A DNA stretch of 64,000 bases from a virus: positions 18,354-82,353 of the IMG/VR virus record IMGVR_UViG_3300036831_000050. One strand, written 5' to 3'. The notes beneath the pieces are model-generated. The model was given only the letters and a program-made list of their open reading frames with translations. It searched no databases and was not told the DNA's origin. Below are positions 1 to 10,255 of this stretch, piece by piece. The position numbers were made by a program, and so were the translations under genes. How positions within the stretch are numbered: position 1 is the stretch's first letter; each line of letters opens with the position of its first letter.

Positions 1-1
1 G

Positions 2-169
2 GCGATGCAGGGTCACTCGCCCATCGGAAACTCGGCCGCGCTTATCAACAATCAGCCGACCATCAATGTGTATGTCGGTCAGGCCAGCGACGCCGGAGCG
101 GTGTATGACGCGATTGACAGGGCGACCGGCAGCGGCCTGGCCTCCACCATGCGATCAGTGGGAGCATAG
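2..169 (+). CDS. 3' end of probable tape measure protein (partial)
   Basis: Open frame ...INNQPTINVYVGQASDAGAVYDAIDRATGSGLASTMRSVGA* directly before the distal-tail-like gene; typical TMP C-terminus and position. Confidence 0.5.
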   Translation, partial: AMQGHSPIGNSAALINNQPTINVYVGQASDAGAVYDAIDRATGSGLASTMRSVGA

Positions 170-171
170 AC

Positions 172-615
172 ATGGCACGTGTGACGTTCACCGACCCGGC
201 GACTGGCGACACCTACACGTGGCCCAACAACCCTGCGCCTAACGAGATAACTCAAGCTGCGTCGAAGTCGCGGAGCATCGACCGCACTTCCTCCACCGGC
301 AACGTCGGCCTGGTCAAGCAGCAGGGCGACGACGGCGCCTACATCGTGCACTGGGAGCCGTCGGTGTTCACGCGCGAGCATGAAGTGCAGCTCTGGAGCT
401 GGTACACGCTGTCATCGAAGCAGACCATCTATCTGGCCGACTGGGATGGCAACGTCTACGAGGGTCAGATCATCACGCTCTCGAAGCAGGACATTGGCGC
501 ACTGGGCGGACCGGGTGACATACCCGACCGGCTCATGTACGCCAAGTACGTGTTCGAGTTCGAGGTGTACTCGTTCATCGCGGGCATCTTGGCCGACGCC
601 GGGGTTCGTGCATAG
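172..615 (+). CDS. Minor tail protein (distal tail-like)
   Basis: 147 aa; lies between the TMP end and a large tail protein. Confidence 0.55.
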   Translation: MARVTFTDPATGDTYTWPNNPAPNEITQAASKSRSIDRTSSTGNVGLVKQQGDDGAYIVHWEPSVFTREHEVQLWSWYTLSSKQTIYLADWDGNVYEGQIITLSKQDIGALGGPGDIPDRLMYAKYVFEFEVYSFIAGILADAGVRA

Positions 616-3600
616 TGAAGACCATTCCCGAGACCGTCCTGGCACGCTGGCTGTCAGGGGAGCTGGTCGGACAGGCCAAGCACCAGATGGTCGTGCGCGT
701 TCGGCCTGGTGTCGTCATGCGCCAGTACGCCGAGCTTGAGCGCATCGACCTGGCCAAGTGGCCGCACGTCACACCGATGATCTACGACGGCGACAATTCG
801 ACACCGTGGCAGGGTCAGTGGGTGCCGCTAGGCGACTGGGTGACGCTACCGCACATACAGAGCAGCAAGTACACCCGGAGCTTTGACCAGAACGGCAGTT
901 CCACGCTAACTGTCGTTCAGGACAACATCGCCTTCACGCCCCAGTCGGGCTTCGCGGGCATCTACCGCAACATCGAGCGCGGGTACTTCTCGCCGTCGCG
1001 TGGCATTGTGCTCAGCTCTCGGCCGAGCCTGTGGACCGAGACCGGCTGGACGGACGTGCTCAACGGCGGCTACCAGATCGAGCTATGGGAGGGCTACGGT
1101 CTGGACCGCGACCCGTCCGTCATTCCACTAGAGACCCCCGACCCGGTGACGCACTCCTGCGCCCCACCCGATGCGGCGATCTCCCGCACGTGGACGGGCC
1201 TCATCGAGACCGTCGATCTGGAGTCACAGCCCGACCACATCACCCTGACATGTCGGGACTTCGGCATTCTCTTCACCGACCAGTACCTCCAGCATGCCAA
1301 CAAGGACCCCGCCATCATCGCGCCGACCACCTTCGCGGACCGGCGCACCACGATGGGCGAGCAGGCGGTCCAAGCCCTGCTGCCGCCGCCGAGCGGTGCC
1401 AACGGCGGTGGCCTACAGGGTAACTCTTACGAGGCCGTAGGCACGGAGGGTGCATATCTGAAGAAGCACGGCTACTTCGCCTTCACCACATCGAGAGCGT
1501 CGTCACGGTTCACCACCCCGGCCGACGCCAAGGTGGACACGTACAACAGCACCTACCCGTGGGAGACCACCTCGTTCGTGCTGGCGAATGGCTGGGTGTC
1601 AGCAGCACAGGCCCACCCGAACGACTATCAATGGCTGGAGATGGACCTTCCGGCTGGTGAGTACAGCGAGTTCGACATGGCACTGCCGTTCGCCCAGGAG
1701 GCATGGGTGTCCATCTACGTTGGACCTGGCGGGGGCTGGTATGACGACAAGACCGGGCTACTGCCCGAGGGCTGGGCCGACCCCGACGGGAACGGCGACA
1801 CACCGCTCGGCATACCGTTCGTCCACCACTTCGGCACTGTTCCCCCGTCGTGGGTGCCGGGTACTGACAAGGCCGGGAATGTCATCAACGCGACGACGTA
1901 TGCCGGTCCGCTTCAGTTCGGCCACGACTTCGTGGTGCCGAAGGGGTCAAAGCTGCGTGTCACATTCGGCAAGCTCAAGTTCCGCGACCCCTCCTATGAC
2001 ACCGCGCCACCGTTCCCCGCAGGACTGTGGGAGAAGTTGACCACCGAGATACAGAGCGTCTTGCCAGTACGGGATGCACGTGACCTAGTTGCGCGCGATC
2101 AGAAGGGGGTCGATGCCTGGAGTTCCGAAGTCAACAAGATGAAGGCATGGCAGTCGCAGGCCCACCACTGGGTGAACACCCCCTCGGAGTGGCCGTCGTG
2201 GTGGACCGATGTGATGAGAGGCCAGCTCAACAACGTCCCGGCAGGCAGCGTGAAGATCAACGCCCCTGTCATGCAGGGCACGACCATGGGACCTGACGTA
2301 CTTGTGCTCCCCAACCCTCACTCCCCCGACGGGTTTGACTACTTCGCCACCAACTACGACCACGGGCAGATCGACCGGGCCAACGACAAGAAGAGCTGGA
2401 GCAGTGAGCCGGTTGCCTGGTTTGACAGTCAGCTCAAGAATGCCGAGGCCCAGCTCGATGCCTGGCAGCGGCAGCTCAAGGGCGATCAGGAGTTCCTAGA
2501 CCAGGCCATCAAGGCCAAGTCGGTGGCGGCGACGGCGAAGGCGCGGCTTGCCGCACTCATGTCAAATTACAAAGAGCTGTGGATCAAGGACTCCCATCAT
2601 CGCCCCGGCTACTACGCTGGGTGCAACTACCTGCGTGCGTACAGAGTGTCAAAGACCGACCCGTCCGTCGATGTGGGTCAGTTCGACATGGGCGGCGCGC
2701 CGGTCAACGCCGAGCACTGGGTGCTCGTAGACGACGCCTCTGAAGTCATCACCCAGCTCTGCATCTGGCTGGGCTTCAAGGAATGGGACATCGACCGCTA
2801 CGGATGGTCACTTGTCAACCCGATGCAGTGGGGCATTGACAAGTTCTTCATCGACGTGGTGAATGACATGCTGGGCCAGGGCAACTACGTGTTCTTCATG
2901 GGACCGCCCACCGAGGACGACCGCAGCATCGGCGTGCCGAGCTTCAAGCAGCAGCGCGCAGTCGCCAACCCGGTGCCTGACATGCTTCAGGTAGACGACC
3001 ACCTCCTCACCGAAGCAGCGCAGATGAAATGGGACCTGTCCACGCTGCCGGGGCAGTTCATCTACCGGGGCGACCCAGTGCCGACGGACGGCTCGCGCGG
3101 TCCCGGCCAGACGTATGAGAACGATCTGGTGGACACTTACATGGCAACTTACGTTCCGCCGTGGGCTGGCGCGGAGAACTGGACACCCCTCGACGGCTCA
3201 GACCCAATGACAGTGGACCCGCCAAACAGGGTCGCCGGAGTCATGCGCCACTTCATTCAGACCGTCGGCGTCAACGTCGTCATCGGCCTCACCTCCAACG
3301 AGGAGTGCCTGTTCGCCTGCCTGCTGGCGGCCGTGCAGTACGCGCTCGGCATCGCCACCGGACAGGTTCAGGTGCCTGGTCTCGCGGTCCCGCAGCTCAA
3401 CGACCAGATCAGCGTCGTTGACGAGGGGAGTGGCATCAACTCGCGCATGTGGATCGCCTCGATTGACAGCGAACACACGGGCGGCTCCAACGGCATGTGG
3501 AAGATGGTCATATCAGGGTCTTACATCGACCACGTGGACATGGTGCTGGTGCTCGATGACTACTGGGCAGCACTCAAGGCGTACCAGGCACTCAAGCAGG

Positions 3601-3641
3601 ACCCGATCACTCTCGTCCCCGTCGGACAGGTGGGCTTCTAA
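615..3641 (+). CDS. Large tail/baseplate hub protein
   Basis: 1008 aa; N-terminal WTGLIETVD...ITLTCRD and C-terminal PQLNDQISVVDE...IASIDSEH motifs resemble hub/Tal-type tail proteins. Confidence 0.65.
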   Translation: MKTIPETVLARWLSGELVGQAKHQMVVRVRPGVVMRQYAELERIDLAKWPHVTPMIYDGDNSTPWQGQWVPLGDWVTLPHIQSSKYTRSFDQNGSSTLTVVQDNIAFTPQSGFAGIYRNIERGYFSPSRGIVLSSRPSLWTETGWTDVLNGGYQIELWEGYGLDRDPSVIPLETPDPVTHSCAPPDAAISRTWTGLIETVDLESQPDHITLTCRDFGILFTDQYLQHANKDPAIIAPTTFADRRTTMGEQAVQALLPPPSGANGGGLQGNSYEAVGTEGAYLKKHGYFAFTTSRASSRFTTPADAKVDTYNSTYPWETTSFVLANGWVSAAQAHPNDYQWLEMDLPAGEYSEFDMALPFAQEAWVSIYVGPGGGWYDDKTGLLPEGWADPDGNGDTPLGIPFVHHFGTVPPSWVPGTDKAGNVINATTYAGPLQFGHDFVVPKGSKLRVTFGKLKFRDPSYDTAPPFPAGLWEKLTTEIQSVLPVRDARDLVARDQKGVDAWSSEVNKMKAWQSQAHHWVNTPSEWPSWWTDVMRGQLNNVPAGSVKINAPVMQGTTMGPDVLVLPNPHSPDGFDYFATNYDHGQIDRANDKKSWSSEPVAWFDSQLKNAEAQLDAWQRQLKGDQEFLDQAIKAKSVAATAKARLAALMSNYKELWIKDSHHRPGYYAGCNYLRAYRVSKTDPSVDVGQFDMGGAPVNAEHWVLVDDASEVITQLCIWLGFKEWDIDRYGWSLVNPMQWGIDKFFIDVVNDMLGQGNYVFFMGPPTEDDRSIGVPSFKQQRAVANPVPDMLQVDDHLLTEAAQMKWDLSTLPGQFIYRGDPVPTDGSRGPGQTYENDLVDTYMATYVPPWAGAENWTPLDGSDPMTVDPPNRVAGVMRHFIQTVGVNVVIGLTSNEECLFACLLAAVQYALGIATGQVQVPGLAVPQLNDQISVVDEGSGINSRMWIASIDSEHTGGSNGMWKMVISGSYIDHVDMVLVLDDYWAALKAYQALKQDPITLVPVGQVGF

Positions 3642-4186
3642 TGGCTGGGGGCCAACGAGAGAACCAGAGTTGGGCCGAAAGCCAGCGGCACGCGGCAGGT
3701 CGGGCGAGCGGGAGGGCACGTGTCAACCAGCTCGGACGTGCGCTTGCTCGCGTTGAGATTCGCCGCGCCCAGACCGAGCAGAGCAAGGCCAAGCGCGCTG
3801 CACAGGGCCAGGGCGAGTATGACCAGCAAGTCCAGTTCCCGTTCCACGGCAACGCCACGGCGGACTGGTCCTTCGTTGACAAGCAGGTCAAGCTCCGCAT
3901 GCCATTCATCTCCGCCAAGCAGCAGCGTCCAGTGCCGTTCGAGACCCCACACTTCACCTACGGCGTAGTGCTTGACAACCCGCCGAAGGACATGCTCATC
4001 GTCGTGGTCACCGTGGTGCAGTGGACGGTGAATCGAAGGGGTTGGACCACGGGCGCCACCGTTCGAGTGGCCGCCCAGGCGCCCAACGCCGGGAAGCTCG
4101 CGTTTAGCGGTACAGTCCATCTCACGTTCTCCGGTTACTCGGCGTACGCCGAGAACCAGAACACTCAGCCACAAGGGAGCCTATAG
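3641..4186 (+). CDS. Minor tail protein
   Basis: 181 aa, coupled to the upstream gene, within the tail module. Confidence 0.5.
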   Translation: MAGGQRENQSWAESQRHAAGRASGRARVNQLGRALARVEIRRAQTEQSKAKRAAQGQGEYDQQVQFPFHGNATADWSFVDKQVKLRMPFISAKQQRPVPFETPHFTYGVVLDNPPKDMLIVVVTVVQWTVNRRGWTTGATVRVAAQAPNAGKLAFSGTVHLTFSGYSAYAENQNTQPQGSL

Positions 4187-4188
4187 CC

Positions 4189-5715
4189 ATGCCCGCCAAG
4201 ACACCGTTCGCAGGTCTCGAAGTCCTCTTCGGTCCGGGCGACCCGCTCAGCTCTGACGGCTACGCCTTCACGGCCGTCAACCCGGTCGTCATCGACGCGC
4301 TGTTGCGCATCGGCGCTGTCACGCACAGGCACGATGGTCACGCCGCGATGGCCGACCCGACCGATGCCCCGGTGCTGGCCGTCAACCCGGCCGGTGGCAA
4401 CATTCCGGGCGGCCTGGAGCTGCACATCTGCTACACGCTGCTGGACATCGACGGTGGCGAAACGCTCCCGGTCCCGGCTACCTCGATTGTCACACCGAGC
4501 GGCTTCGCGACCCCCACGAACGAGCCGAGCGTCGCGCAGATCGCGGTCCCCTCCGGGCACAAGGGTCTGCTGAAGGGCAGCTACAGCTTCGGCGTGACGG
4601 TCACGGACGGCGAGGGTGGCGAGACCCAGATGAGTCCCATGACGACCATCTACGGGCAGGACGCCTTCCACGTCAGCGGCCTGACGGCACTCGTCAACGC
4701 TGCCAGCGGCAGCAACCCAATGGCGGGCTGGCGGCTGTGGGTGCAGGCGAACGGTGGTGCGCTGTACCTCATTGGCACGGGGACACATGCCACCGATGCC
4801 TTCACCTACGACGGCAATGTCATCGGTGACTGCACGATTAGCCCACCCGCGATTGACACCACCACCACGAACAACCAGCTTGAGGTGACAGTTCCGAACA
4901 CGCAGCCTGCGGGCGCTGAGCGGTTCGCAATCTACGTCAGCATCAACGGCGCCTTCAACTCACCGGCCCTACTTGGCGGCCCGTACCCCGCTGCCGATCT
5001 CGGCACTGTCAAGACATTCGCCAACCTGCTGGTCCAGCCTGGCGCTCCGCCACCCGTCAGTCGCTCCTACCCCGGCGCGGCGAAAATCGACCCGGACACG
5101 GAGATGCTGGCCTTCCCCTGGAAGCGGCCGGTGGCCACCAGCGCCGACCTGCCATCGGGCGCCAACGAGGACGGCGACGTACGCATCGCGCTCGACACCA
5201 AGATTCCGTGGGTGTGGAACGCGGCCGGACCCGCCTGGGAGATTCTGCCGATTCCCGACGTTGAGCCGGTGGACTCGTTCAAGGGCACGGTGGCCACTAC
5301 GGCAGCACTTCCGTCTGCCGGTAACACCGACGGCGACGTGTATCTGGTCCGCGATAGCTACCAGCTCTGGGTCTGGGAGAACACGGCAGCCGTGTGGGTG
5401 CCGCTTACCGAGGAGGCGGCCAACCATCAGGTCGCCGCCTATCAGCTCGTCCTCACCGACGTGGGCAAGACCGTGGAGTTCGACGTGGCGGCCGGAGCGG
5501 CCGTGACGGTGCCGACCCATGCCACGGTGGCCTTCCCCGTGGGCGCGGTCATCAGAGTCCTCCAATTCGGCGCGGGGCAGGCAGCGATCACCGCTGCGGG
5601 CGGTGTCACGATTCACTCCAAGGGAGGTCTGACCCATACCGCCGCCCAGTACAGCGAAGTGAAGCTGCGTCAGCGCGCCGTCGATGAGTGGGTGCTGACC
5701 GGCGACCTGGCATGA
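4189..5715 (+). CDS. Tail fibre / receptor-binding protein
   Basis: Repeated VATxAxLPS-G---DGDV modules and C-terminal FPVGAVIRVLQFGAGQ...WVLTGDL domain typical of fibre proteins. Confidence 0.7.
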   Translation: MPAKTPFAGLEVLFGPGDPLSSDGYAFTAVNPVVIDALLRIGAVTHRHDGHAAMADPTDAPVLAVNPAGGNIPGGLELHICYTLLDIDGGETLPVPATSIVTPSGFATPTNEPSVAQIAVPSGHKGLLKGSYSFGVTVTDGEGGETQMSPMTTIYGQDAFHVSGLTALVNAASGSNPMAGWRLWVQANGGALYLIGTGTHATDAFTYDGNVIGDCTISPPAIDTTTTNNQLEVTVPNTQPAGAERFAIYVSINGAFNSPALLGGPYPAADLGTVKTFANLLVQPGAPPPVSRSYPGAAKIDPDTEMLAFPWKRPVATSADLPSGANEDGDVRIALDTKIPWVWNAAGPAWEILPIPDVEPVDSFKGTVATTAALPSAGNTDGDVYLVRDSYQLWVWENTAAVWVPLTEEAANHQVAAYQLVLTDVGKTVEFDVAAGAAVTVPTHATVAFPVGAVIRVLQFGAGQAAITAAGGVTIHSKGGLTHTAAQYSEVKLRQRAVDEWVLTGDLA

Positions 5716-6755
5716 GTCCGGTCCCCGCATTCAAGGACGACTTCAGCACTGACAACAGTGCTACGTGGCAGTTCGACGCCTATCTGGGCGGTGGAGGTGA
5801 CGGGGGCGCCTTCGGCGGAAACTCCTGGGACCTGACAGCCTTCCCCGGCAATCTGTACGTCGCATCGGAGGCGGGGGCGCCCCATGAGTTCGTCACGATT
5901 GCGGCGGCCGGTCATGACTTCACTGTGGCCACGTGCAACGTCGTGGCCGTGCAGATGGTGGGCTTCCCTGGTGGCACCGACCGCGCCCATGGAGTGTCCG
6001 TAGGACTGGCGAACTTGACCGCCCCCTACAACGAGCTGGTGGCCAGTCTCAACGGGAACCTGCTCGGCCTGTGTCTCGGCCACTCCCCCGATCTCACGTC
6101 CACGTTGATCGACATACCTGACACCGCCGACGGCTTCGCCTGCGACAACACCCTGCCGCTTTGGCTGGCGCTGGTGCTCGACGGACCAGACACACTGGCG
6201 TGTGTCTACGACACGGACCCCTTCGCTGGCGGTGCGCTGCCGACTCCAAGGGCCAAACTCAAGTGGAGTGATTACGCAGTCGCGCAGGGCCAGCCAGCGG
6301 ACCCCACGACAGGCCTGGGGACCTGCGTGCCGCAGCTCGGCTTCTGGCTGACCGGCATCAGTCCGCAGGACACGATGAGGGTGGACAACTGGGAGGCAGG
6401 CGAGATGCCTCGCGTCCAGCCCGACAACATCAAGGTGGGGGCACAGCCCAACTCGATTCCGGCCGACGGCACGTCGCAGAGCGATGTAACGGCGCTCGTC
6501 AGGGATCACACGGGCGCGGGCGTGCCCGGACTAGCCGTGGTCTTCACACCGGCCGCGCACTTCGGTGGCGCTGTCACTGACAACGGCGACGGGTCCTACG
6601 ACACGCTCTTCACCAGCGACACCAACCCAGGCTCGGTAGAGGTGCAGGCCAAGACCGGGACCATCTCTGCCACCACCTCGATTCAGCAGAGGCCACCGGG
6701 CGACATTCACGCTGGGCCGCCGCAGGTCGGGATCGTGAAGCGGGGTCCACGATGA
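5712..6755 (+). CDS. Virion protein with C-terminal Big-1 (invasin-type Ig-like) domain
   Basis: SIPADGTSQSDVTALVRD...VTDNGDGSY motif; ATG overlaps the upstream TGA. Confidence 0.7.
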   Translation: MSPVPAFKDDFSTDNSATWQFDAYLGGGGDGGAFGGNSWDLTAFPGNLYVASEAGAPHEFVTIAAAGHDFTVATCNVVAVQMVGFPGGTDRAHGVSVGLANLTAPYNELVASLNGNLLGLCLGHSPDLTSTLIDIPDTADGFACDNTLPLWLALVLDGPDTLACVYDTDPFAGGALPTPRAKLKWSDYAVAQGQPADPTTGLGTCVPQLGFWLTGISPQDTMRVDNWEAGEMPRVQPDNIKVGAQPNSIPADGTSQSDVTALVRDHTGAGVPGLAVVFTPAAHFGGAVTDNGDGSYDTLFTSDTNPGSVEVQAKTGTISATTSIQQRPPGDIHAGPPQVGIVKRGPR

Positions 6756-7738
6756 CGCACTGGACCGATGACTTCACGCACGACCACTTCACGGACGGCA
6801 CCTACACGGTCGGAGCACTCCCGTCCTACCACGTGGGTGGGGGTGACCTGTCCGTGGAGGTGCTGGACTGGACGGACGAACACCTCAGTGGCCGCTATCT
6901 GCGCGACGGCGGTGTGTTCACGTCCTGGCTGAGGGTCGATGACATCACCAACCTCTACTTCGCGCAGCTCAGACTCTCCAACCTGAGTGACACCTTCATT
7001 CGCGGACTGATCTACGGTCCCGATATACCTTCGGGGGTCGGCGGTGTCGCGAACGAGGCCGATGTCACCTACGGAGGGCCGAGCTTCGGCGGCGACTTCG
7101 CCATGTTCTTCGCTGACCAGCCGACGAGTGGGCCGGTCACGATCACCATGGAGGTCTTCGCCCCCGGTCTGCTGATAGGCCAGGCTGCCATCAGGCTCAA
7201 GGTCACGTGGCCTCCCGACCACTTTGACGAGAGCGTGTTGGCCATCGCTGACGCCGACTGGGCGACGCTCAAGGGCATGACACTCTGGCCAGAGGTAGTG
7301 GCCAACGGCCGTTCGGGGCTAGGCGCGCTGGACCCCAGCGCCCATGATGTCGTCTTCACTGAGTGGCACTACGACGATGAGGGCGGCGGGCCGCCTCCGC
7401 CTCCGCCGAGAGCGACGATGGCGCTCGGCGCCAACCCCGGGTCAATTCCAGCAGACGCCAGCTCGACCAGTGATGTGACAGCGTACGTGAGAGACCATTC
7501 GGGCGCGGGTGTGCCTGGCCTGGGCGTCGTGTTCACACCGGCCTCGCATTTCGGCGGCGCCGTCACCGACAATGGCGACGGGACCTACGACACGACTTTC
7601 ACCAGCGACCTGAACCCCGGCTCGGTGGAGGTGCAGGCGGCGGCGGCCACCCTCAGGGCCACCACGGCCATTCGGCAGCGGGGCGAGCAGGGCGATATGC
7701 ACGCTGGCGCCCATCAAGTAGGCATTTTGCGGCCTTAG
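6752..7738 (+). CDS. Second virion protein with C-terminal Big-1 domain
   Basis: SIPADASSTSDVTAYVRD...VTDNGDGTY, paralogous to the preceding gene; poly-Pro linker. Confidence 0.7.
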   Translation: MTHWTDDFTHDHFTDGTYTVGALPSYHVGGGDLSVEVLDWTDEHLSGRYLRDGGVFTSWLRVDDITNLYFAQLRLSNLSDTFIRGLIYGPDIPSGVGGVANEADVTYGGPSFGGDFAMFFADQPTSGPVTITMEVFAPGLLIGQAAIRLKVTWPPDHFDESVLAIADADWATLKGMTLWPEVVANGRSGLGALDPSAHDVVFTEWHYDDEGGGPPPPPPRATMALGANPGSIPADASSTSDVTAYVRDHSGAGVPGLGVVFTPASHFGGAVTDNGDGTYDTTFTSDLNPGSVEVQAAAATLRATTAIRQRGEQGDMHAGAHQVGILRP

Positions 7739-7784
7739 GGAAAGTCTCCAGTTTGCGGGAAGAACACAGGTTCCGTCCGAGCCA

Positions 7785-7801
7785 TGGGGCATGATGCAAC
7801 A
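7785..7801. promoter_or_regulatory. 17-bp palindromic operator (TGGGGCA-tga-TGCAACA) upstream of the recombination operon
   Basis: One mismatch to TGTNGCA-N3-TGCNACA; intergenic; overlaps a -10-like CATGAT. Confidence 0.6.
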
Positions 7802-7824
7802 GTCCGAATCGAGAGGAGTACCCG

Positions 7825-8865
7825 ATGCCCCAGCAGCAGTGGCAGCCACCCGCGCCGCCAGACGAACCCGTGCAGGAAGGTGCGCGTTGGCGCTGGCATA
7901 AGCCGCCCAGCGAGGCCGTGGCCACGTGGTTTGGCCAGCAGCACATCGCAGACGAGCTGGACCATGAGCACTACGTCGGCGGCGTGGTCCTCATTCCCCA
8001 GTCGGAGAAGGTGAAGTACACCAAGCCCGACGGCAGCGGCACCATCGAGCGCCAGGAACAGGTCTTCACGCCGTACGTCCAGATCGGGACGCGCATCGCC
8101 TACTTCCACGATCTCGCGGAAGCGCGCAACTTGATTCCTGTCATAGAGCCAGCCGACGTGCCGCGTGCCACCAACCCCCAGTCGCTCTACTTCAACGCCA
8201 ACATGGAGGCGGGCCTGTGGTGGCACGTCGTCGCCGGTCGCAACCAGGGCGACGGCAACCAGCGGTTCCTCTGCGCGACGTGGACCGTGGCGCTCTACAA
8301 GCCCGAGAGCTACGCGCGCAAGCTCAACGGCCACAAAGAGATGCCCGTGCGTCAGGGCCGGGGCACCAAGCAGGTCTGGGGCAGCGCCGACATCAACCAG
8401 ATCGCCAAGGCTCAGACCGGCGCCATCGGCCGCGCGTTGGGCGTGTGCGGCATTCTCGTCGTCGGCACGGGTATCGCCACGGCGGAGGACATGCAGGAGT
8501 ACGTCGGAGCACCGCCCCAGCAGCCCGTGCAGGGCGAGCCGCAGCTTCCCGTACCCACCGAGGTGCCTGGGGCCGAGGCGCCGCCACTGGACCCGGAGGC
8601 CGCGCTGGACCAGCTCAGGGCGCACGCCATGACCCTCCAGGCCCAGATGCAGGAGCGCGGCGTGTGGCCGGAGTTCTCGGCCTGGTACTCCGAACGGGCC
8701 AAAGAGTCCGGGTGGTCCAGCCTCAACGACGTGCCGCACGATGCACTGCGCGGCGTCGTCAGTCGCATGGAGCGCATGGTGGCCGAGGCGCCCGCCAGTG
8801 TGCCTAACGAGCAAACTCAAGTCGCACCACTAGAGGAGGTGGCGAGTGAGCCGGTTCAGCAGTGA
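7825..8865 (+). CDS. Single-strand annealing protein (Rad52/Sak/ERF-like)
   Basis: KAQTGAIGRALG motif characteristic of phage SSAPs; GAGGAG RBS. Confidence 0.6.
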   Translation: MPQQQWQPPAPPDEPVQEGARWRWHKPPSEAVATWFGQQHIADELDHEHYVGGVVLIPQSEKVKYTKPDGSGTIERQEQVFTPYVQIGTRIAYFHDLAEARNLIPVIEPADVPRATNPQSLYFNANMEAGLWWHVVAGRNQGDGNQRFLCATWTVALYKPESYARKLNGHKEMPVRQGRGTKQVWGSADINQIAKAQTGAIGRALGVCGILVVGTGIATAEDMQEYVGAPPQQPVQGEPQLPVPTEVPGAEAPPLDPEAALDQLRAHAMTLQAQMQERGVWPEFSAWYSERAKESGWSSLNDVPHDALRGVVSRMERMVAEAPASVPNEQTQVAPLEEVASEPVQQ

Positions 8866-9427
8866 CTACGACGACGAGTATTTCCCCAACCAGGCCGCGC
8901 TCTGGCAGGCCAACGCCAGACGCGCACTGAAGGGGAAGAAGGGTCGCAAGGCTCTCGCTGAGCTGCGCGACGCACTGCGGGCACTGCCCGAGAAGCGCCT
9001 GATCGCTGGCGCGCTGTGCACCGTGGGCGGCCTGGAGCGACCCGACATCGCGGAGAAGCTGGCCGAGGAGGAGCGCCGTCATGAGGAGAACCCTCAGTGG
9101 GGCAACTGGTATCGCGACGAGGCGACGAGCAAGGTGAAGGAAGAGGGCGAGGGCGTGTGCGCCATCGGCGCATACCTCTGGCACCGCGAAGTGAAGGCCG
9201 GGACCGACCCCGAGGAGGCGTTCGCCAAGCTGCCGACACTGCTCGACATCGACGGTGGTGACTACGAGACCGCGAGGGCGGGCCACGAAGCCGGACTCAC
9301 CTTCACGCTCGCCTGGCAGCTCGCCTGGCGCAACGACGAGGAGTACGACGGCCTGTCACCAGAGGAGCGGTACGAGTCCTTCATGCGCTGGCTCGATGAG
9401 GAGCTGGGCGACGCGGTGGCGGCGTGA
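8846..9427 (+). CDS. Hypothetical phage protein
   Basis: 193 aa; GAGGAGG RBS; coupled. Confidence 0.7.
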   Translation: MSRFSSDYDDEYFPNQAALWQANARRALKGKKGRKALAELRDALRALPEKRLIAGALCTVGGLERPDIAEKLAEEERRHEENPQWGNWYRDEATSKVKEEGEGVCAIGAYLWHREVKAGTDPEEAFAKLPTLLDIDGGDYETARAGHEAGLTFTLAWQLAWRNDEEYDGLSPEERYESFMRWLDEELGDAVAA

Positions 9428-9879
9428 CCCTCCACCCCGACAGCCACACCGAGCTGCCGACCATCGAGCAGACCTACGTCCTGACAATCAAGGGTGCGCC
9501 GAAGTCGATCAACGCTGGCGGCGGCGGCACACGTGCCAACCACTACGCGGCGGCGGCCGAGAAGAAGCACTGGCAGGGTCAGTTCGGCCTAGAGCTGATG
9601 GTCGCCAAGGTCCGACGGAACATGCTGTTCTGCGGTGTGACTGTCACGGTGCGCTTCAAGCATCGTAGCGGCAAGGGGCGCGACGCAGAGAACTACCGCC
9701 AGCCCATCATCAAGCCACTGCTCGACGCTCTTCAGGCTGGCGGCTACCTTGAGAACGACACTGAGGAGTTCGTCAAGGTCCACGATGTCACCCTGGAGGA
9801 GGGCGTGGCCGAGTGGCCGCACGCCGACCCCCGAATCAAGTCAGAGATGATCGTCCAACTGGAGGCTGCCTACCTATGA
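9424..9879 (+). CDS. RusA-like Holliday junction resolvase
   Basis: PKSIN ... RDAENY...IKPLLDAL...END matches the RusA DxDN-K-DAL-DD pattern. Confidence 0.65.
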   Translation: MTLHPDSHTELPTIEQTYVLTIKGAPKSINAGGGGTRANHYAAAAEKKHWQGQFGLELMVAKVRRNMLFCGVTVTVRFKHRSGKGRDAENYRQPIIKPLLDALQAGGYLENDTEEFVKVHDVTLEEGVAEWPHADPRIKSEMIVQLEAAYL

Positions 9880-10255
9880 ACCTAGTCCCCCGCACCTACG
9901 TGTGCATCGCCCAGCTTCAGGTCGTCGCGCCGGACCCAGCGACAGCCCAGGAGGCCATCAAGACCGCCGCCGCCAACGTGGCGCCGACGCTCGCCGCCCA
10001 GACCGTCCCCGTGACGCTGAGCTTCGAGGAGGAGCAGGGCATGCCCGTCCTGGCCGAGACATGAAGGTCCGCGTGAACATCGTCATCGACTACGAGTTCA
10101 CGGACAAAGAGGCGCACGACAGCTACGGCGCCTACGACCCGGCCACCGTGGCAGCAGCGATGCAGGCGCAGGGCGAGCGTGAGCTGATCGGCGCCTTCGA
10201 GCACAAGCAGGGCGTGCAGCACGTCGGCCTGACAGTGCACCCGCTCTATGGCTGA
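9876..10255 (+). CDS. Two small hypothetical proteins (9876-10064, 10061-10255)
   Basis: ATGA-coupled ORFs with phage-like codon usage. Confidence 0.6.
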
